DNA of 64,000 bases. It comes from Candidatus Bipolaricaulota bacterium (GTDB lineage: Bacteria > Bipolaricaulota > Bipolaricaulia > RBG-16-55-9 > DRXL01). A model generated the notes under the pieces. The model made no database searches, was not told the DNA's origin, and saw nothing but the letters and a program-made list of their open reading frames with translations. The stretch spans positions 26,842-90,841 of the forward strand of contig CALLJK010000002.1 in the NCBI GenBank assembly GCA_938091745.1, given 5' to 3'. Shown here in pieces: positions 10,490-19,999 of this stretch. Numbering within the stretch: position 1 is the stretch's first letter; each line of letters begins with the position of its first letter. Both the position numbers and the translations under genes were made by a program.

Positions 10490-11401
10490 ATGCTCGAGCG
10501 CTTGCTGTCCTTAGCGGCTTCAGGGGTTATGTTGGGGGGTATTCTCGCCCTGGGGGCTGTGGGGCTCACTCTGGTCTATGGGATCCTGCGATTTGGGAAC
10601 TTCGCGCACGGTGACTTGATGACCGTAGGCGCTTATGTTGCCCTCGCTGTGATGGCCTTTCTGCCCTCGGGGCAGCCACTGGCACCCTTCTCTTTTGGCT
10701 GGGAGTTTCTCGTTGCTCTGCTAATCGCTATGCCGATCACCGGGATTGTCGCGCTGGCAGCGGACCGCCTTATCTACAGGCCCCTGCGGCGCCGGCGCAG
10801 CTCTGCAGTGATTTTAGCGATGGCGTCGCTGGGAGTAGCGTTCTTCGTGCGCAGCATTATCTATTTGGGCTGGGGATCTGATTTTAAGTTCTACTATCAA
10901 GGGCGCATCCCCATGGCCATCCAGCTCCCCTTCGGGGTGCAAGTCCGGCCCGATCAATTGTTCACGTTTGGGTTGGCTTTTATATTAGTCGTTCTCATCT
11001 ATATCTTGCTTGAGAAGACCAAGATTGGAAAAGCGATGCGAGCCACAGCAGATAATCCCGCGTTAGCACGTGTCAGCGGGATCGCGACAGATCGAGTGAT
11101 CTTCTGGACGTGGATGATCGGGGGGGCCTTAGCTGGAGCCTCGGGAGTGATGCTGGGGCTGAATTCCCAGGTGCGCCCGGAGATGGGCTGGCTCGTGCTC
11201 TTGCCCTTGTTTGCTGCGGTCATTCTCGGGAGCATCGGCAACCCCTATGGGGCGCTCGTGGGGGCTTTAATTATCGGGATTATCCGAGAAGTCTCGACAG
11301 CGTTTCTCAACCCGACGTACGGGCAAGGCGTAGCTTTCTTAGTAATGATCATTATCTTGCTCGTGCGCCCTCAGGGGATCTTCCGGAAAGTGGGAGACTG
11401 A
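10490..11401 (+). CDS. livH: Branched-chain amino acid ABC transporter permease (LivH-like)
   Basis: GLTLVYGIL..NFAHG, GKAMRATADN, LLVRPQGIF; multiple TM segments. Confidence 0.9.
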   Translation: MLERLLSLAASGVMLGGILALGAVGLTLVYGILRFGNFAHGDLMTVGAYVALAVMAFLPSGQPLAPFSFGWEFLVALLIAMPITGIVALAADRLIYRPLRRRRSSAVILAMASLGVAFFVRSIIYLGWGSDFKFYYQGRIPMAIQLPFGVQVRPDQLFTFGLAFILVVLIYILLEKTKIGKAMRATADNPALARVSGIATDRVIFWTWMIGGALAGASGVMLGLNSQVRPEMGWLVLLPLFAAVILGSIGNPYGALVGALIIGIIREVSTAFLNPTYGQGVAFLVMIIILLVRPQGIFRKVGD

Positions 11402-11407
11402 GATTCT

Positions 11408-12556
11408 ATGAAGATCGTGCTGATGGCGATCCCGCTGGCGATTGTAGCTTATCTGCTCATTCCGCTTGGTCGGGCAGGACGATTCTTCTTAGGGGTTCCG
11501 GTGGGGGTAGGGCTGGCCTTCTTGCTCGCGTATGTAGTGCCCCCAGGGGTTTTAGTCTATCTGGTCTCATTCGCTATTATGGCTTCAATTTTTGCGATCT
11601 TAAGCCTGGGGCTCAACGTACAATGGGGGTACACAGGGCTCTTCAATATTGGGATTGCGGGGTTCGTCGCCATAGGGGCTTTCACATCAGCGCTCTTTAC
11701 GACCGCTATGCCCACAGAGACCCTCAGAGCGTATGGGGCGCAACAAGCGTTTGGCCTGGAGATGCCGTTCTTAGTGGGCATCGCAGCAGCGGCAGTGACT
11801 GCCGGTGTCATAGCCTGGTTCATCGGCTTTCCGACGCTGCGGCTGCGTGAAGATTATCTCGCTATCGCTACGATTGGGATTGCTGAGATCATTCGATTGA
11901 TCTTTCAGAATGAAAGCTGGTTGGCCAACGGTCCGCAGCCTCTCATTGTTCCGCAGCCGCTGCGCTGCTTGACCCAAGAGCCTCCGTGTGGGCTCAGCTG
12001 GCTTCCGGCTCTCGCTCCCCAAGATTATGATTATCTGTATTTTGCGATTGTCGTGCTCTTTCTCGTTGTGCTGTATTTTGCTATTGAGCGCATCGCGCGG
12101 TCCCCGTGGGGGCGAGTTCTGCGCGCCATCCGCGAAGAAGAAGCTGCTACGGCTACGAGCGGGAAGAACATCTTCGCCTTCAAGATGCAAGCGCTCATCG
12201 TAGGTGCTTGCGTCATGGGGATTGGGGGAGCTCTCTACGCGCACGCCCTGGGCTCTATCAGCTATGCCGACTTCACGCCGCTTTACGCAACGTTTATTAT
12301 CTGGGTCATGTTAATGCTGGGGGGGAGCGGGAACAACAAAGGAGCTGTCTTAGGAGCCTTCGTCATCTGGGGGGTATGGATGGGCAGCGCCTTCGTGACT
12401 GACTGGCTCCGGCCCGTTCTTCAGGCGATCTCCCCAGAACTGCCCGCGCGCAGCCCCTATCTTCGCTATCTCTTTATCGCTGTGCTCTTAGAGCTGATCT
12501 TGCTCTTCCGTCCCCAGGGACTTCTTGGCGAAGAGAAGCACGTCTCTACTCTGTAG
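11408..12556 (+). CDS. livM: Branched-chain amino acid ABC transporter permease (LivM-like)
   Basis: LGLNVQWGYTGLFN, LRLREDYLAIAT, GRVLRAIREEE, FRPQGLLG. Confidence 0.9.
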   Translation: MKIVLMAIPLAIVAYLLIPLGRAGRFFLGVPVGVGLAFLLAYVVPPGVLVYLVSFAIMASIFAILSLGLNVQWGYTGLFNIGIAGFVAIGAFTSALFTTAMPTETLRAYGAQQAFGLEMPFLVGIAAAAVTAGVIAWFIGFPTLRLREDYLAIATIGIAEIIRLIFQNESWLANGPQPLIVPQPLRCLTQEPPCGLSWLPALAPQDYDYLYFAIVVLFLVVLYFAIERIARSPWGRVLRAIREEEAATATSGKNIFAFKMQALIVGACVMGIGGALYAHALGSISYADFTPLYATFIIWVMLMLGGSGNNKGAVLGAFVIWGVWMGSAFVTDWLRPVLQAISPELPARSPYLRYLFIAVLLELILLFRPQGLLGEEKHVSTL

Positions 12557-13805
12557 GCATTTCTAGTCGGACCGTCTGGATCCCTCCTCCGGTGTATTGC
12601 CAGATCTCGATAGGGGTAACCACGTCGCCATGGTTGTCAAAATTGATAGCGCCGGCTGCGCCTTCATAATCTATGTCCTGGCCGTCCTTAAGAAGTTGCA
12701 ACGCCCTCTTTAGGCCGTCAACGCCGGCACTCACGACCTCTCCCGGAGGGTTGGCGACAAACCGTAAAGCGTCTCGGATCGCTGGCCCTTCGGCCTTGCC
12801 CGCTTTCTGAATAGCTAAGGCAATCAAGACGACCGCATCGTACGTATTGGGCATATACGGTTGCGGGGGCAACTGCCTATACGCCGCTTGATAATCTCGA
12901 TTGAAGATCTCCAGCGAAGGAGTCTTCTCCGAACCCGGTGCTGTGCCGTACATTCCTTCAAGAAACTCAGCGCCCACAGCCCGGATGATCTCTTCAGACT
13001 TTGTCCCATCGACAAACAAGAATCTCGTAATATACGCGCCGCTGATCGCCTCTTTCAGATAGACTGTGGCGTGGCCTGGGTAGCCGATAGCCACTAAGAC
13101 ATCGGGCTTTGATTCGGCTATCTGAAGTAATTGCGCTAAGTATGTGGGCTGAGGTTCCTCCGGGTGAGCGACTTCGCTGACGACGCGTCCGCCTCGAGCT
13201 TCAAAAGATTTTCTAAACTCGTCCTTGAGCCCCTGCCCGTAAGGGTTATTGACGTAGATGACTGCTGCTGAAGTGTATCCCATCTCATGGGCGAGCTTGC
13301 CCAAGACCACCCCTTGGAGTGCGTCTGAGGGGACAGTTCTGTAGAGAAAATCTTGCCCTTCGTCGGCCGGTAGATAAGTAATTAACGGCGACGTAGAAGC
13401 GGGCGAGATCTGGACTACTTTATTGGGGATGGTGACCGTCTGCGCCACTGGTACGGTGACACCGCTGGCTAACGCCCCGATGATCGCCGGGACTTTATCC
13501 ACGCCGACGAGCTTCTTCGCACGATCTATCCCAATAGAAGCAGTCGTGCCCGCGTCCTCGTGAATGAGCTCGAGTTTGCGTCCCCCCAAAAGCCCCCCGG
13601 CTGCGTTGATGTGTTGGGCTGCCAAGTCTGCGGCGTTGCGCAGAGGCGGGCCAAACTCAGCTAACGCGCCCGTGTAATCGAACAGAGTCCCGATCTTAAT
13701 CGGCCCAGAAGGCTGCGAGGGCCCACAGCCTACTAGCCCCATAAGTGCGCTCAAACCCGCTACAGCCCCGATACTTCGTAAAAACTGTCGTCGCGTGCAA
13801 GGCAT
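12546..13805 (-). CDS. Branched-chain amino acid ABC substrate-binding lipoprotein (LivK-like) with a Tat signal
   Basis: TRRQFL twin-arginine motif, lipobox LVGC, ISPASTSP, RTVPSD, YDAV; convergent with livM. Confidence 0.88.
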   Translation of the reverse strand: MPCTRRQFLRSIGAVAGLSALMGLVGCGPSQPSGPIKIGTLFDYTGALAEFGPPLRNAADLAAQHINAAGGLLGGRKLELIHEDAGTTASIGIDRAKKLVGVDKVPAIIGALASGVTVPVAQTVTIPNKVVQISPASTSPLITYLPADEGQDFLYRTVPSDALQGVVLGKLAHEMGYTSAAVIYVNNPYGQGLKDEFRKSFEARGGRVVSEVAHPEEPQPTYLAQLLQIAESKPDVLVAIGYPGHATVYLKEAISGAYITRFLFVDGTKSEEIIRAVGAEFLEGMYGTAPGSEKTPSLEIFNRDYQAAYRQLPPQPYMPNTYDAVVLIALAIQKAGKAEGPAIRDALRFVANPPGEVVSAGVDGLKRALQLLKDGQDIDYEGAAGAINFDNHGDVVTPIEIWQYTGGGIQTVRLEMPTE

Positions 13806-13826
13806 AGCTATACCCCCTTTTCTTTA

Positions 13827-13875
13827 ATCGTAGACTGTTAACCGTTTGCTTGTCAAATACACTCTGTGCTATCAT
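13827..13875. promoter_or_regulatory. Overlapping divergent promoters (SBP gene on minus, folE on plus)
   Basis: Minus strand TTGACA(13856-13851)-18-TACGAT(13832-13827); plus strand TGc-TATCAT at 13867-13875. Confidence 0.5.
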
Positions 13876-13886
13876 GAGTGAACTCT

Positions 13887-14447
13887 ATGAGAAGATCAAA
13901 TGAGATGGCAGAACTCATGCGGCGCCTGCTTGCCCACATCGGCGAAGACCCCGACCGCGAGGGCTTGATCGAGACCCCACGACGCTTCCTCGAGATGCTC
14001 GAATCGCTCACGGAAGGGTACCGTCAAGACCCCAAAGAGCTGATCACCGGGGCGATCTTCCCCGTGAAATACGACCAGATGATCGTCGTCAAAGATATTC
14101 TGTTTTATAGTTTGTGTGAGCATCATATTCTGCCCTTCTTCGGCAGAGCCCACGTCGGCTATATCCCCGATGGCAGAGTCATCGGCATGAGCAAGATTCC
14201 CCAGATCGTCGAGCATTTCTCAAAGAAACTGCAGCTGCAAGAGCGGATGAGCGAAGAGATTGCTGACTTCTTGATGGACGCGCTCACGCCCAAGGGGGTC
14301 GGCGTCGTTATTGAAGGCTTTCACTTGTGCATGGCCATGCGCGAGCTTCAGAAAGATGCCCATCTTGTGACCAGCGCGGTGAAGGGCATCTTCAGAAGAG
14401 ACCCGCGCACACGGGCTGAATTTATGCAGCTCATCGGGCGACGGTAA
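13887..14447 (+). CDS. folE: GTP cyclohydrolase I
   Basis: GEDPDREGLIETP, SLCEHHILPFFG, LQLQER, HLCMAMR. Exact start uncertain (13878, 13887 or 13905). Confidence 0.95.
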   Translation: MRRSNEMAELMRRLLAHIGEDPDREGLIETPRRFLEMLESLTEGYRQDPKELITGAIFPVKYDQMIVVKDILFYSLCEHHILPFFGRAHVGYIPDGRVIGMSKIPQIVEHFSKKLQLQERMSEEIADFLMDALTPKGVGVVIEGFHLCMAMRELQKDAHLVTSAVKGIFRRDPRTRAEFMQLIGRR

Positions 14448-15131
14448 TCACTCTTGCTTTGGAGCTGGCTTGAGTGTGTATGAAACGGTAAACTCCACCA
14501 AGACCCCGCTGAAATCCTTAGGCGGACCAGGGATTCTCTCTGAAAAATGCTCCCACGCCCCAGACCACGGTGACCAGATATACCCTACAGAAGCCCGCAG
14601 TGTGATCACATTTGTCAACGCGAACTCGATCCCAACGCGGGGCACTATCGAGAGAAAGATGCGTCTCAAAAGCGTGTCGTGCGCCGTTTGCAGCACTGAC
14701 TCAAAATTCTCTTCGGTCATAGCGCGTTGGCCCAAGAGCAGTGTTGCCGTGCCCAAGCCGATACCGCCGCTCACAAAGCCTCGCAAGAAGGGCGTAGCTT
14801 GGGAGAGCGGCCAACGCTGATCTACAAACGCACTGAAATAGAAGAGCGTCAGCTGCACACGGCGCGCGCCGCGCTCCGCGCCAACAGAACCTTCCGCGAG
14901 CGACAGCCCTAACGGAAGCCATTCAACTGCGCGCACCCGCGTCCAACTGCCCGTCATCATAAGGGGCGCGGAGATCTTGGGAAAGTCATTCTTTTCCAAA
15001 AGCTCGTTGAGATCGCTGAGATTTAGATAAAACATCCCGGAAACCGGCTCAAAGATGGGAGCCGCCGGCTCTTGCGCGAGCGCCGTTCCCGCCCACAGCA
15101 CGACCCCTAGCACAGAGATTAATCTTCTCAT
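14448..15131 (-). CDS. Exported hypothetical protein, possible small outer-membrane beta-barrel
   Basis: Signal peptide ending ALA-Q; alternating amphipathic strands (FVSGGIGLG, VGIEFAL, LRASVGY, VEFTVSY); SD GGAGG. Confidence 0.6.
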   Translation of the reverse strand: MRRLISVLGVVLWAGTALAQEPAAPIFEPVSGMFYLNLSDLNELLEKNDFPKISAPLMMTGSWTRVRAVEWLPLGLSLAEGSVGAERGARRVQLTLFYFSAFVDQRWPLSQATPFLRGFVSGGIGLGTATLLLGQRAMTEENFESVLQTAHDTLLRRIFLSIVPRVGIEFALTNVITLRASVGYIWSPWSGAWEHFSERIPGPPKDFSGVLVEFTVSYTLKPAPKQE

Positions 15132-15150
15132 AAAGCCTCCTTTGGCTTAG

Positions 15151-15233
15151 ACCTAACCCCCTGACCCCTTTCCCTGAGATTGGGGAAGGGGGAACTCCCC
15201 TCCCCGTGCCGGGGAGGGGCTAGGGGAGAGGTT
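15151..15233. repeat. C/G-rich palindromic intergenic repeat, copy 2
   Basis: ACCTAACCCC...CCCCTTTCCC/GGGGAAGGGG and CCCCTCCCC/GGGGAGGGG hairpins; homologous to 2285-2362. Confidence 0.8.
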
Positions 15234-16124
15234 CTAGTGCTCATACCCTCTATTGGGTAAAACGATGCTCTCTGAGCCAAGCTGCATGGTGATGCCCTCT
15301 TTCAGAGAAACGACCCGCCCAATCACGGTGAACTCGCAGCCCTGCCGCGCCTCCAAGAGCTTCTCTTGAGGGAGCGTAAAGAGCAGCTCAAAGTCTTCCC
15401 CAAAGAAGAGCCCCATCTCGAAGAGCTCCTCTTGAGTGCGCGCGAGTTCTTCAACTTCAAGGGCGAACGGGATCGCCGTCGCGTCGATGCGAAATCCTAC
15501 ATTGCTCGCTTCGCTCAGTTGATAGAGCGAGCGTGCCAGCCCATCAGAGATGTCGATCATGCTGCTGGCCAATGGAGCCAGCGCCTGGCCTTCTCTCAGT
15601 CTCGGCGTAAATCGCAACAATTCATTGGCTTGCTCGTAATCTTTTGCTTTGAGCAGTTCGAGGGCTACAGCTGTTCGCCCCAGATCGCCTGTCACGCAGA
15701 CGAGCTCTTCTGGGCGCGCCCCAGAGCGCAAGACGGGCTTCTGAGCTTCACCCAGAGCCGTCGTCACTATCGTCAGCTCACGGTGACGATCCGTGTCGCC
15801 GCCAATGAGTTTTGTCTCGCACACGTCACAGCACGCTAAAGCTCCGTCTAAAAGCTCTTCTAAGAATTTTTTATCGAACTGTGGGGCTCCCAGCGCGATC
15901 ACGACCCCCAGGGGCTTTCCGCCCATCGCGGCGATATCGCTCAAGGAGACGGCTACAGCGCGCCAGCCCATCGTGTACGGCGTCATCCCGTCAGGGAAAT
16001 CCGTCTGACGATGGAGCATATCGGTCGTGAGCAAGAGATTCGTCTTTTTCAGAGAGATAATGGCGCAGTCGTCGCCGATAGGGAGCTTTTCGCCCAAGAA
16101 TTTTATGACGTCGCGCTCGCGCAT
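15234..16124 (-). CDS. thiL: Thiamine-monophosphate kinase
   Basis: IGDDCA, LLLTTD, SDIAAMGG, GGDT, IDISDGL, GEDFELLFT, GYEH. Confidence 0.95.
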   Translation of the reverse strand: MRERDVIKFLGEKLPIGDDCAIISLKKTNLLLTTDMLHRQTDFPDGMTPYTMGWRAVAVSLSDIAAMGGKPLGVVIALGAPQFDKKFLEELLDGALACCDVCETKLIGGDTDRHRELTIVTTALGEAQKPVLRSGARPEELVCVTGDLGRTAVALELLKAKDYEQANELLRFTPRLREGQALAPLASSMIDISDGLARSLYQLSEASNVGFRIDATAIPFALEVEELARTQEELFEMGLFFGEDFELLFTLPQEKLLEARQGCEFTVIGRVVSLKEGITMQLGSESIVLPNRGYEH

Positions 16125-16139
16125 GGGTTTACTATACAC

Positions 16140-16898
16140 TCACGATGGCTTTTTGTCCATGTCACCCACGATAGCTGCGATGTGTTTTTCGAGCTTGGGG
16201 TAGTGCGTGCCGCGCCAGTAGAGCTTCTGACAGTGTGTACAGCGAAAGAACTCGTCGTGCTCGACGGCGACTCGTGGGGGAACCTGCGCCAGAATTTTTT
16301 TCTTCTCTACTGGCTCCAGCAGCCCGTTGCACACCAAACAGCGTCGGAACGGGTCAATCAGGGTCTCCAAATTGAAGCGCCGCACGACCTCGCGGGCTTG
16401 TTCGACGGGATCGGTCGAGCGCAGCCAATAGCCGTGCGTGACAGCATTATGTTTGAGCAGATCGCGATCACGCGTCAGCACGATCCGCCCCTCCGCAGCA
16501 GCAATAGCTACAAGCTCGTGATCGTCATACTCGTTCGAGTGCAAGGTATCAAAGCCCAACAAACGTAGCAGTCGGGCCAACTTCCCCAGATGTACATCGG
16601 CGACGAACGCGATCTGTCGGAGGGGCTTCTCTCGAAGCTGCACGATGGGCAAGATGTCTAGGCTCTCGAAGACGGGGTAGACCGCGACTCTATCGCCGTC
16701 ACGCAAGCGATACGAGAACCCTACAGACTGCCCGTTGACAACAATCAGATCAACTTCAGTATGGGGCACGCCCAGGGCTTCGATAGCATCCTTGATAGCT
16801 GGAGTATTCTGAAAACTGTACTCGATATCGCTCTGGCGATGCTTTGGGGGTAAAAAGTCATTCAACTCGCCGTAGAACCGAAAGATGGCCGTACTCAT
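16140..16898 (-). CDS. Ubiquitin-like + Mut7-C RNase domain protein with a zinc ribbon
   Basis: FRFYGELNDFLP..IKDAIEALGVPHTEVD..DGDRVAVYP; DVHLGKLARLLRLLGFDT; LTRDR; CLVC and CTHC..YWRGTH. Confidence 0.9.
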   Translation of the reverse strand: MSTAIFRFYGELNDFLPPKHRQSDIEYSFQNTPAIKDAIEALGVPHTEVDLIVVNGQSVGFSYRLRDGDRVAVYPVFESLDILPIVQLREKPLRQIAFVADVHLGKLARLLRLLGFDTLHSNEYDDHELVAIAAAEGRIVLTRDRDLLKHNAVTHGYWLRSTDPVEQAREVVRRFNLETLIDPFRRCLVCNGLLEPVEKKKILAQVPPRVAVEHDEFFRCTHCQKLYWRGTHYPKLEKHIAAIVGDMDKKPS

Positions 16899-16994
16899 AG
16901 TCTGGGCTTTATTTTACTGGCTTCTCGGTATTTCAGCACGTTCGCTAAGGCGAGATTTTTTTGCTACACTGCATACCAACGATAGGGGGTATCT

Positions 16995-18854
16995 ATGTTG
17001 ATTCATATCGTCCGCGTTAGCGTACTGCTAGGCTTAGTGAGCTGCCTCCCCTTTATAGGCAGTCTGAGAGCAGAAGTGCTAGGGGCAATGGACGGCGCTC
17101 TCGCTGAGCCCGTCTTGCTCTTTGGGATCGGGATGCACATCGAGCCGCTGGGTCGGACTGCCCAAGGGTATTTTAGTGGTGGCGGGCCCGATTATCGCCA
17201 AGGCCCGCTGTTTGAGCGCCACGTGCAAGATATTCTCGCTGTAGCGAGGATCGTCGAAGCGCACGGCGGACGCATGACTGTTCAAGCGCAAAGCCCCTTC
17301 ACCCAAGTGGCCATCGAGAAGAGCAACACGATCTTAAAAGACTTAGAGTCTCGCGGCCACGAGATCGCCCTGCACTTTCATGAGGACGCCCATCTGGGGA
17401 GAAACTCTGAAGGACTCGGTGTGCAAGCGTGGTGCACCGTGATGCAAGAAGAGATCTCATATATTCAGAGATCGGGCGCACAGAAGAAGATCCGCTACTG
17501 GAGCGGCGGCAATCTCTACCCTGGGCTCTTAGACGCGGCTTCGTGTGCTGGGCTGGACGTGATGAGCGATTGGAAGAATCCAAGAACGCAAAGCACGGAT
17601 CGCTCGCTCTTAGGAGTGCATCCGTGGCGTCCGGCGGGCGGCCCCAGCGAAACTGATCTATCAAAATTTGCCACGCACGACCCCAATGGGAAGATTATCT
17701 TTCTCCCCGAAGGCGCATATGACCCAGAGAAATTTGCGCGCAAGCGCGAGATCATCGCTCAGGGAGGAGATCAAGCGTGGTTCGAGGTGCTGCGTGAAGC
17801 ACTGGAGCGTTCGCTTGCATCAGCGAGAGCTGATAGAGTCAACGTCTTTCACTTCACGGTCCATCCGGGAGAATTTCGCGGCGACTTCGCTCGGCCCTTC
17901 GGCGTCATCGAAGACTTTCTCACGAACGTCGTAGACCCCTTAGTCAAAGCTGGGAAGATCCACTGGGCGACGTTTTCGCAGATGGCCGACGAGTTCATCG
18001 CGTGGGAGAAGGCCAATCCGGGAGTAGATCCGCGCTCAGCTCAACAGCCTCTCCGTCCCACTGAACCTGATGTTACGTATTGCGTCATGAACGGCGTCGA
18101 GCTGAAGATGGACATCTATCGTCCCAGGGGAAGCGCAGCCCCGACGCCAGCGTTGCTCTACGTGCACGGTGGCGGCTGGACTGGAGGGGATAAACGCTCC
18201 GGCGCAGGCTCACTCGACTTTGCAGAACTGCTCGCTCGTGGATATCTCATCGCCGCTGTGAATTATCGTCTTGCGCCGCGCTATAAGTTCCCCGCGATGA
18301 TCGAAGACGTCAAGTGTGCTGTGCGTTTTTTGAAAGCCAACGCTGAGCGATACAATCTCAATTCCAACAAGATCGGGGCGTGGGGCGGCAGCGCTGGAGG
18401 ACATTTGGTGGCGCTTCTGGGAACTGCCGATGAGACAGCGGGCTGGGACGTCGGCCAATATTTAGAACAGTCAAGCCGAGTCCAAGCCGTTGTGGACATG
18501 TTCGGCCCGACAGACCTGACAGTGCTCTTTGAAGGAGCCAATCCTCGACTGATGGAACAAGTCTTCGGCACGTCGGATCGAAATTCAGAGATTTTGAAGC
18601 GAGCGAGCCCGGTGAACTGGGTCTCGTCGGACGACTCGCCGTTCTTGATTCTCCACGGCGAGCGCGACCCGCTCGTGCCCGTCAGTCAGTCCCAAATCTT
18701 CTATGAGAAACTGCAAGCAGCCAAGGTGCCCGCAACACTGGTGATCGTGAAGAACGCCGGGCACGGCTTTGTCCCGATGGGCGGGCCAATCAGCCCTACG
18801 CGGCAAGAACTGACAAAAATGATGGGAGATTTCTTCGATCAGTATCTGAAATAG
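16995..18854 (+). CDS. Exported two-domain protein: polysaccharide-deacetylase-like domain plus alpha/beta-hydrolase (HGGG esterase)
   Basis: N-terminal MHIEP, GHEIALHFHED and FTVHP; C-terminal HGGGW, GGSAGG nucleophile elbow, HGERD, AGHGF. Confidence 0.75.
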   Translation: MLIHIVRVSVLLGLVSCLPFIGSLRAEVLGAMDGALAEPVLLFGIGMHIEPLGRTAQGYFSGGGPDYRQGPLFERHVQDILAVARIVEAHGGRMTVQAQSPFTQVAIEKSNTILKDLESRGHEIALHFHEDAHLGRNSEGLGVQAWCTVMQEEISYIQRSGAQKKIRYWSGGNLYPGLLDAASCAGLDVMSDWKNPRTQSTDRSLLGVHPWRPAGGPSETDLSKFATHDPNGKIIFLPEGAYDPEKFARKREIIAQGGDQAWFEVLREALERSLASARADRVNVFHFTVHPGEFRGDFARPFGVIEDFLTNVVDPLVKAGKIHWATFSQMADEFIAWEKANPGVDPRSAQQPLRPTEPDVTYCVMNGVELKMDIYRPRGSAAPTPALLYVHGGGWTGGDKRSGAGSLDFAELLARGYLIAAVNYRLAPRYKFPAMIEDVKCAVRFLKANAERYNLNSNKIGAWGGSAGGHLVALLGTADETAGWDVGQYLEQSSRVQAVVDMFGPTDLTVLFEGANPRLMEQVFGTSDRNSEILKRASPVNWVSSDDSPFLILHGERDPLVPVSQSQIFYEKLQAAKVPATLVIVKNAGHGFVPMGGPISPTRQELTKMMGDFFDQYLK

Positions 18855-18876
18855 AACTATCGTTCTTACGGGCTCC

Positions 18877-18922
18877 TTGACAGGACAGTGCTGTCTCCTA
18901 TATAATTAGGAATCCTAACTAT
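18877..18922 (+). promoter_or_regulatory. Consensus sigma70 promoter with an overlapping palindromic operator, upstream of protoglobin
   Basis: TTGACA(18877)-18-TATAAT(18901); TTAGGA-A-TCCTAA inverted repeat at 18906-18918. Confidence 0.75.
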
Positions 18923-18944
18923 TACAGACTACAGGAGGCTCGCT

Positions 18945-19526
18945 ATGGCTGTAAATATCCCTGGCTACACCTACGACAGCGCCGCTCCCTCGCCCGTCAC
19001 GCTCAAGGAGCTTGAAGAGCTCAAGAAGGCCGTGCTCTTCACCCCCGAAGACGAAAAATATCTCAAGATGGCCGGCGAAGTCCTGAAAGACCAGATAGAC
19101 GCTGTGTTGGATCTCTGGTACGGCTTTGTGGGGTCGCATCCCCATTTAGTGTATTATTTCTCTGGCCCCGACGGCAAGCCCGACGCGAACTATCTCGCAG
19201 CAGTACGTAAGCGTTTTGGCCAATGGATTCTCGACACGTGCACGCGTCCCTATGATCAGACCTGGCTCAACTATCAGCACGAGATCGGACTGAGACACCA
19301 TCGCACGAAGAAAAACAAGACCGACAACGTGCGCTCTGTCCCCAACATTCCGTTGCGCTATCTGATCGCGTTTATTTATCCCATCACGGCGACGATCAAG
19401 CCCTTCTTAGCGAAGAAGGGGCACAGCCCCGACGAGGTTGATAAAATGCACCAGGCGTGGTTCAAATCGGTGACGCTCCAAGTCGCGTTATGGAGCTGTC
19501 CGTATGCCAAAGACGGGGATTTTTAA
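18945..19526 (+). CDS. Protoglobin
   Basis: IPGYTY, WYGFVGSHPHL, EIGLRHHRTKKN, PITAT.KPFLA, QVALWS.PY and terminal GDF match recalled archaeal protoglobins. Confidence 0.95.
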   Translation: MAVNIPGYTYDSAAPSPVTLKELEELKKAVLFTPEDEKYLKMAGEVLKDQIDAVLDLWYGFVGSHPHLVYYFSGPDGKPDANYLAAVRKRFGQWILDTCTRPYDQTWLNYQHEIGLRHHRTKKNKTDNVRSVPNIPLRYLIAFIYPITATIKPFLAKKGHSPDEVDKMHQAWFKSVTLQVALWSCPYAKDGDF

Positions 19527-19733
19527 GCTAGCGCAGCGCAAGGTATTCATCGAGATCAAGCTCGCTTGCTTCAAAATCCTGTGAAATGCGCGCGGATTGA
19601 GGTCGCCCGTGTGGTACGGTACAGGGATAATTGTGGTGCCGCGCTTAAGAATGCGATGGGACCCTGTCACCCGCACTTGCACGAAGCCGATCTTCTTCAA
19701 AACACGAATGACATGGCGAGGCGTATCAGTCAT
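19488..19733 (-). CDS. hicA: HicA-family toxin
   Basis: VIRVLKKIGF..R..GSH..VPYH..DL..ILKQA. Confidence 0.85.
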   Translation of the reverse strand: MTDTPRHVIRVLKKIGFVQVRVTGSHRILKRGTTIIPVPYHTGDLNPRAFHRILKQASLISMNTLRCASLKIPVFGIRTAP

Positions 19734-19966
19734 GAAGTGACTTCAATGATCTCGACGTCTTGATCTTGAAGCTCTTCGCCTAACAGTTCGTGGTATGCAG
19801 TCAGGACCTCACGGATATTGTGGAGAGCTTCCTCGCGCGTGCGTCCTTCGGAAAAACATGCAGGAATCGCTGGGCAGTAGACAGACCATTTATACTCCGT
19901 GGGGGCATGAGAGTCATATTCTAAGACGACTGCTAGCGGCTTGGCGATGGCTTTCCCCTTAGTCAT
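19730..19966 (-). CDS. hicB: HicB-family antitoxin (short, no obvious DNA-binding domain)
   Basis: VYCPAIPACFSEGRTREEALHNIRE; 4-nt ATGA overlap with hicA. Confidence 0.85.
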   Translation of the reverse strand: MTKGKAIAKPLAVVLEYDSHAPTEYKWSVYCPAIPACFSEGRTREEALHNIREVLTAYHELLGEELQDQDVEIIEVTS

Positions 19967-19999
19967 AGGCGTTTGTTATTATACACGAATGAGGAGATC

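Noticed and set aside
15234-16898. Functional link between the ubiquitin-like Mut7-C protein and thiL
   Set aside because: Adjacency only; thiL appears to have its own promoter, and the Ub-like domain has no free C-terminal GG for sulfur transfer.
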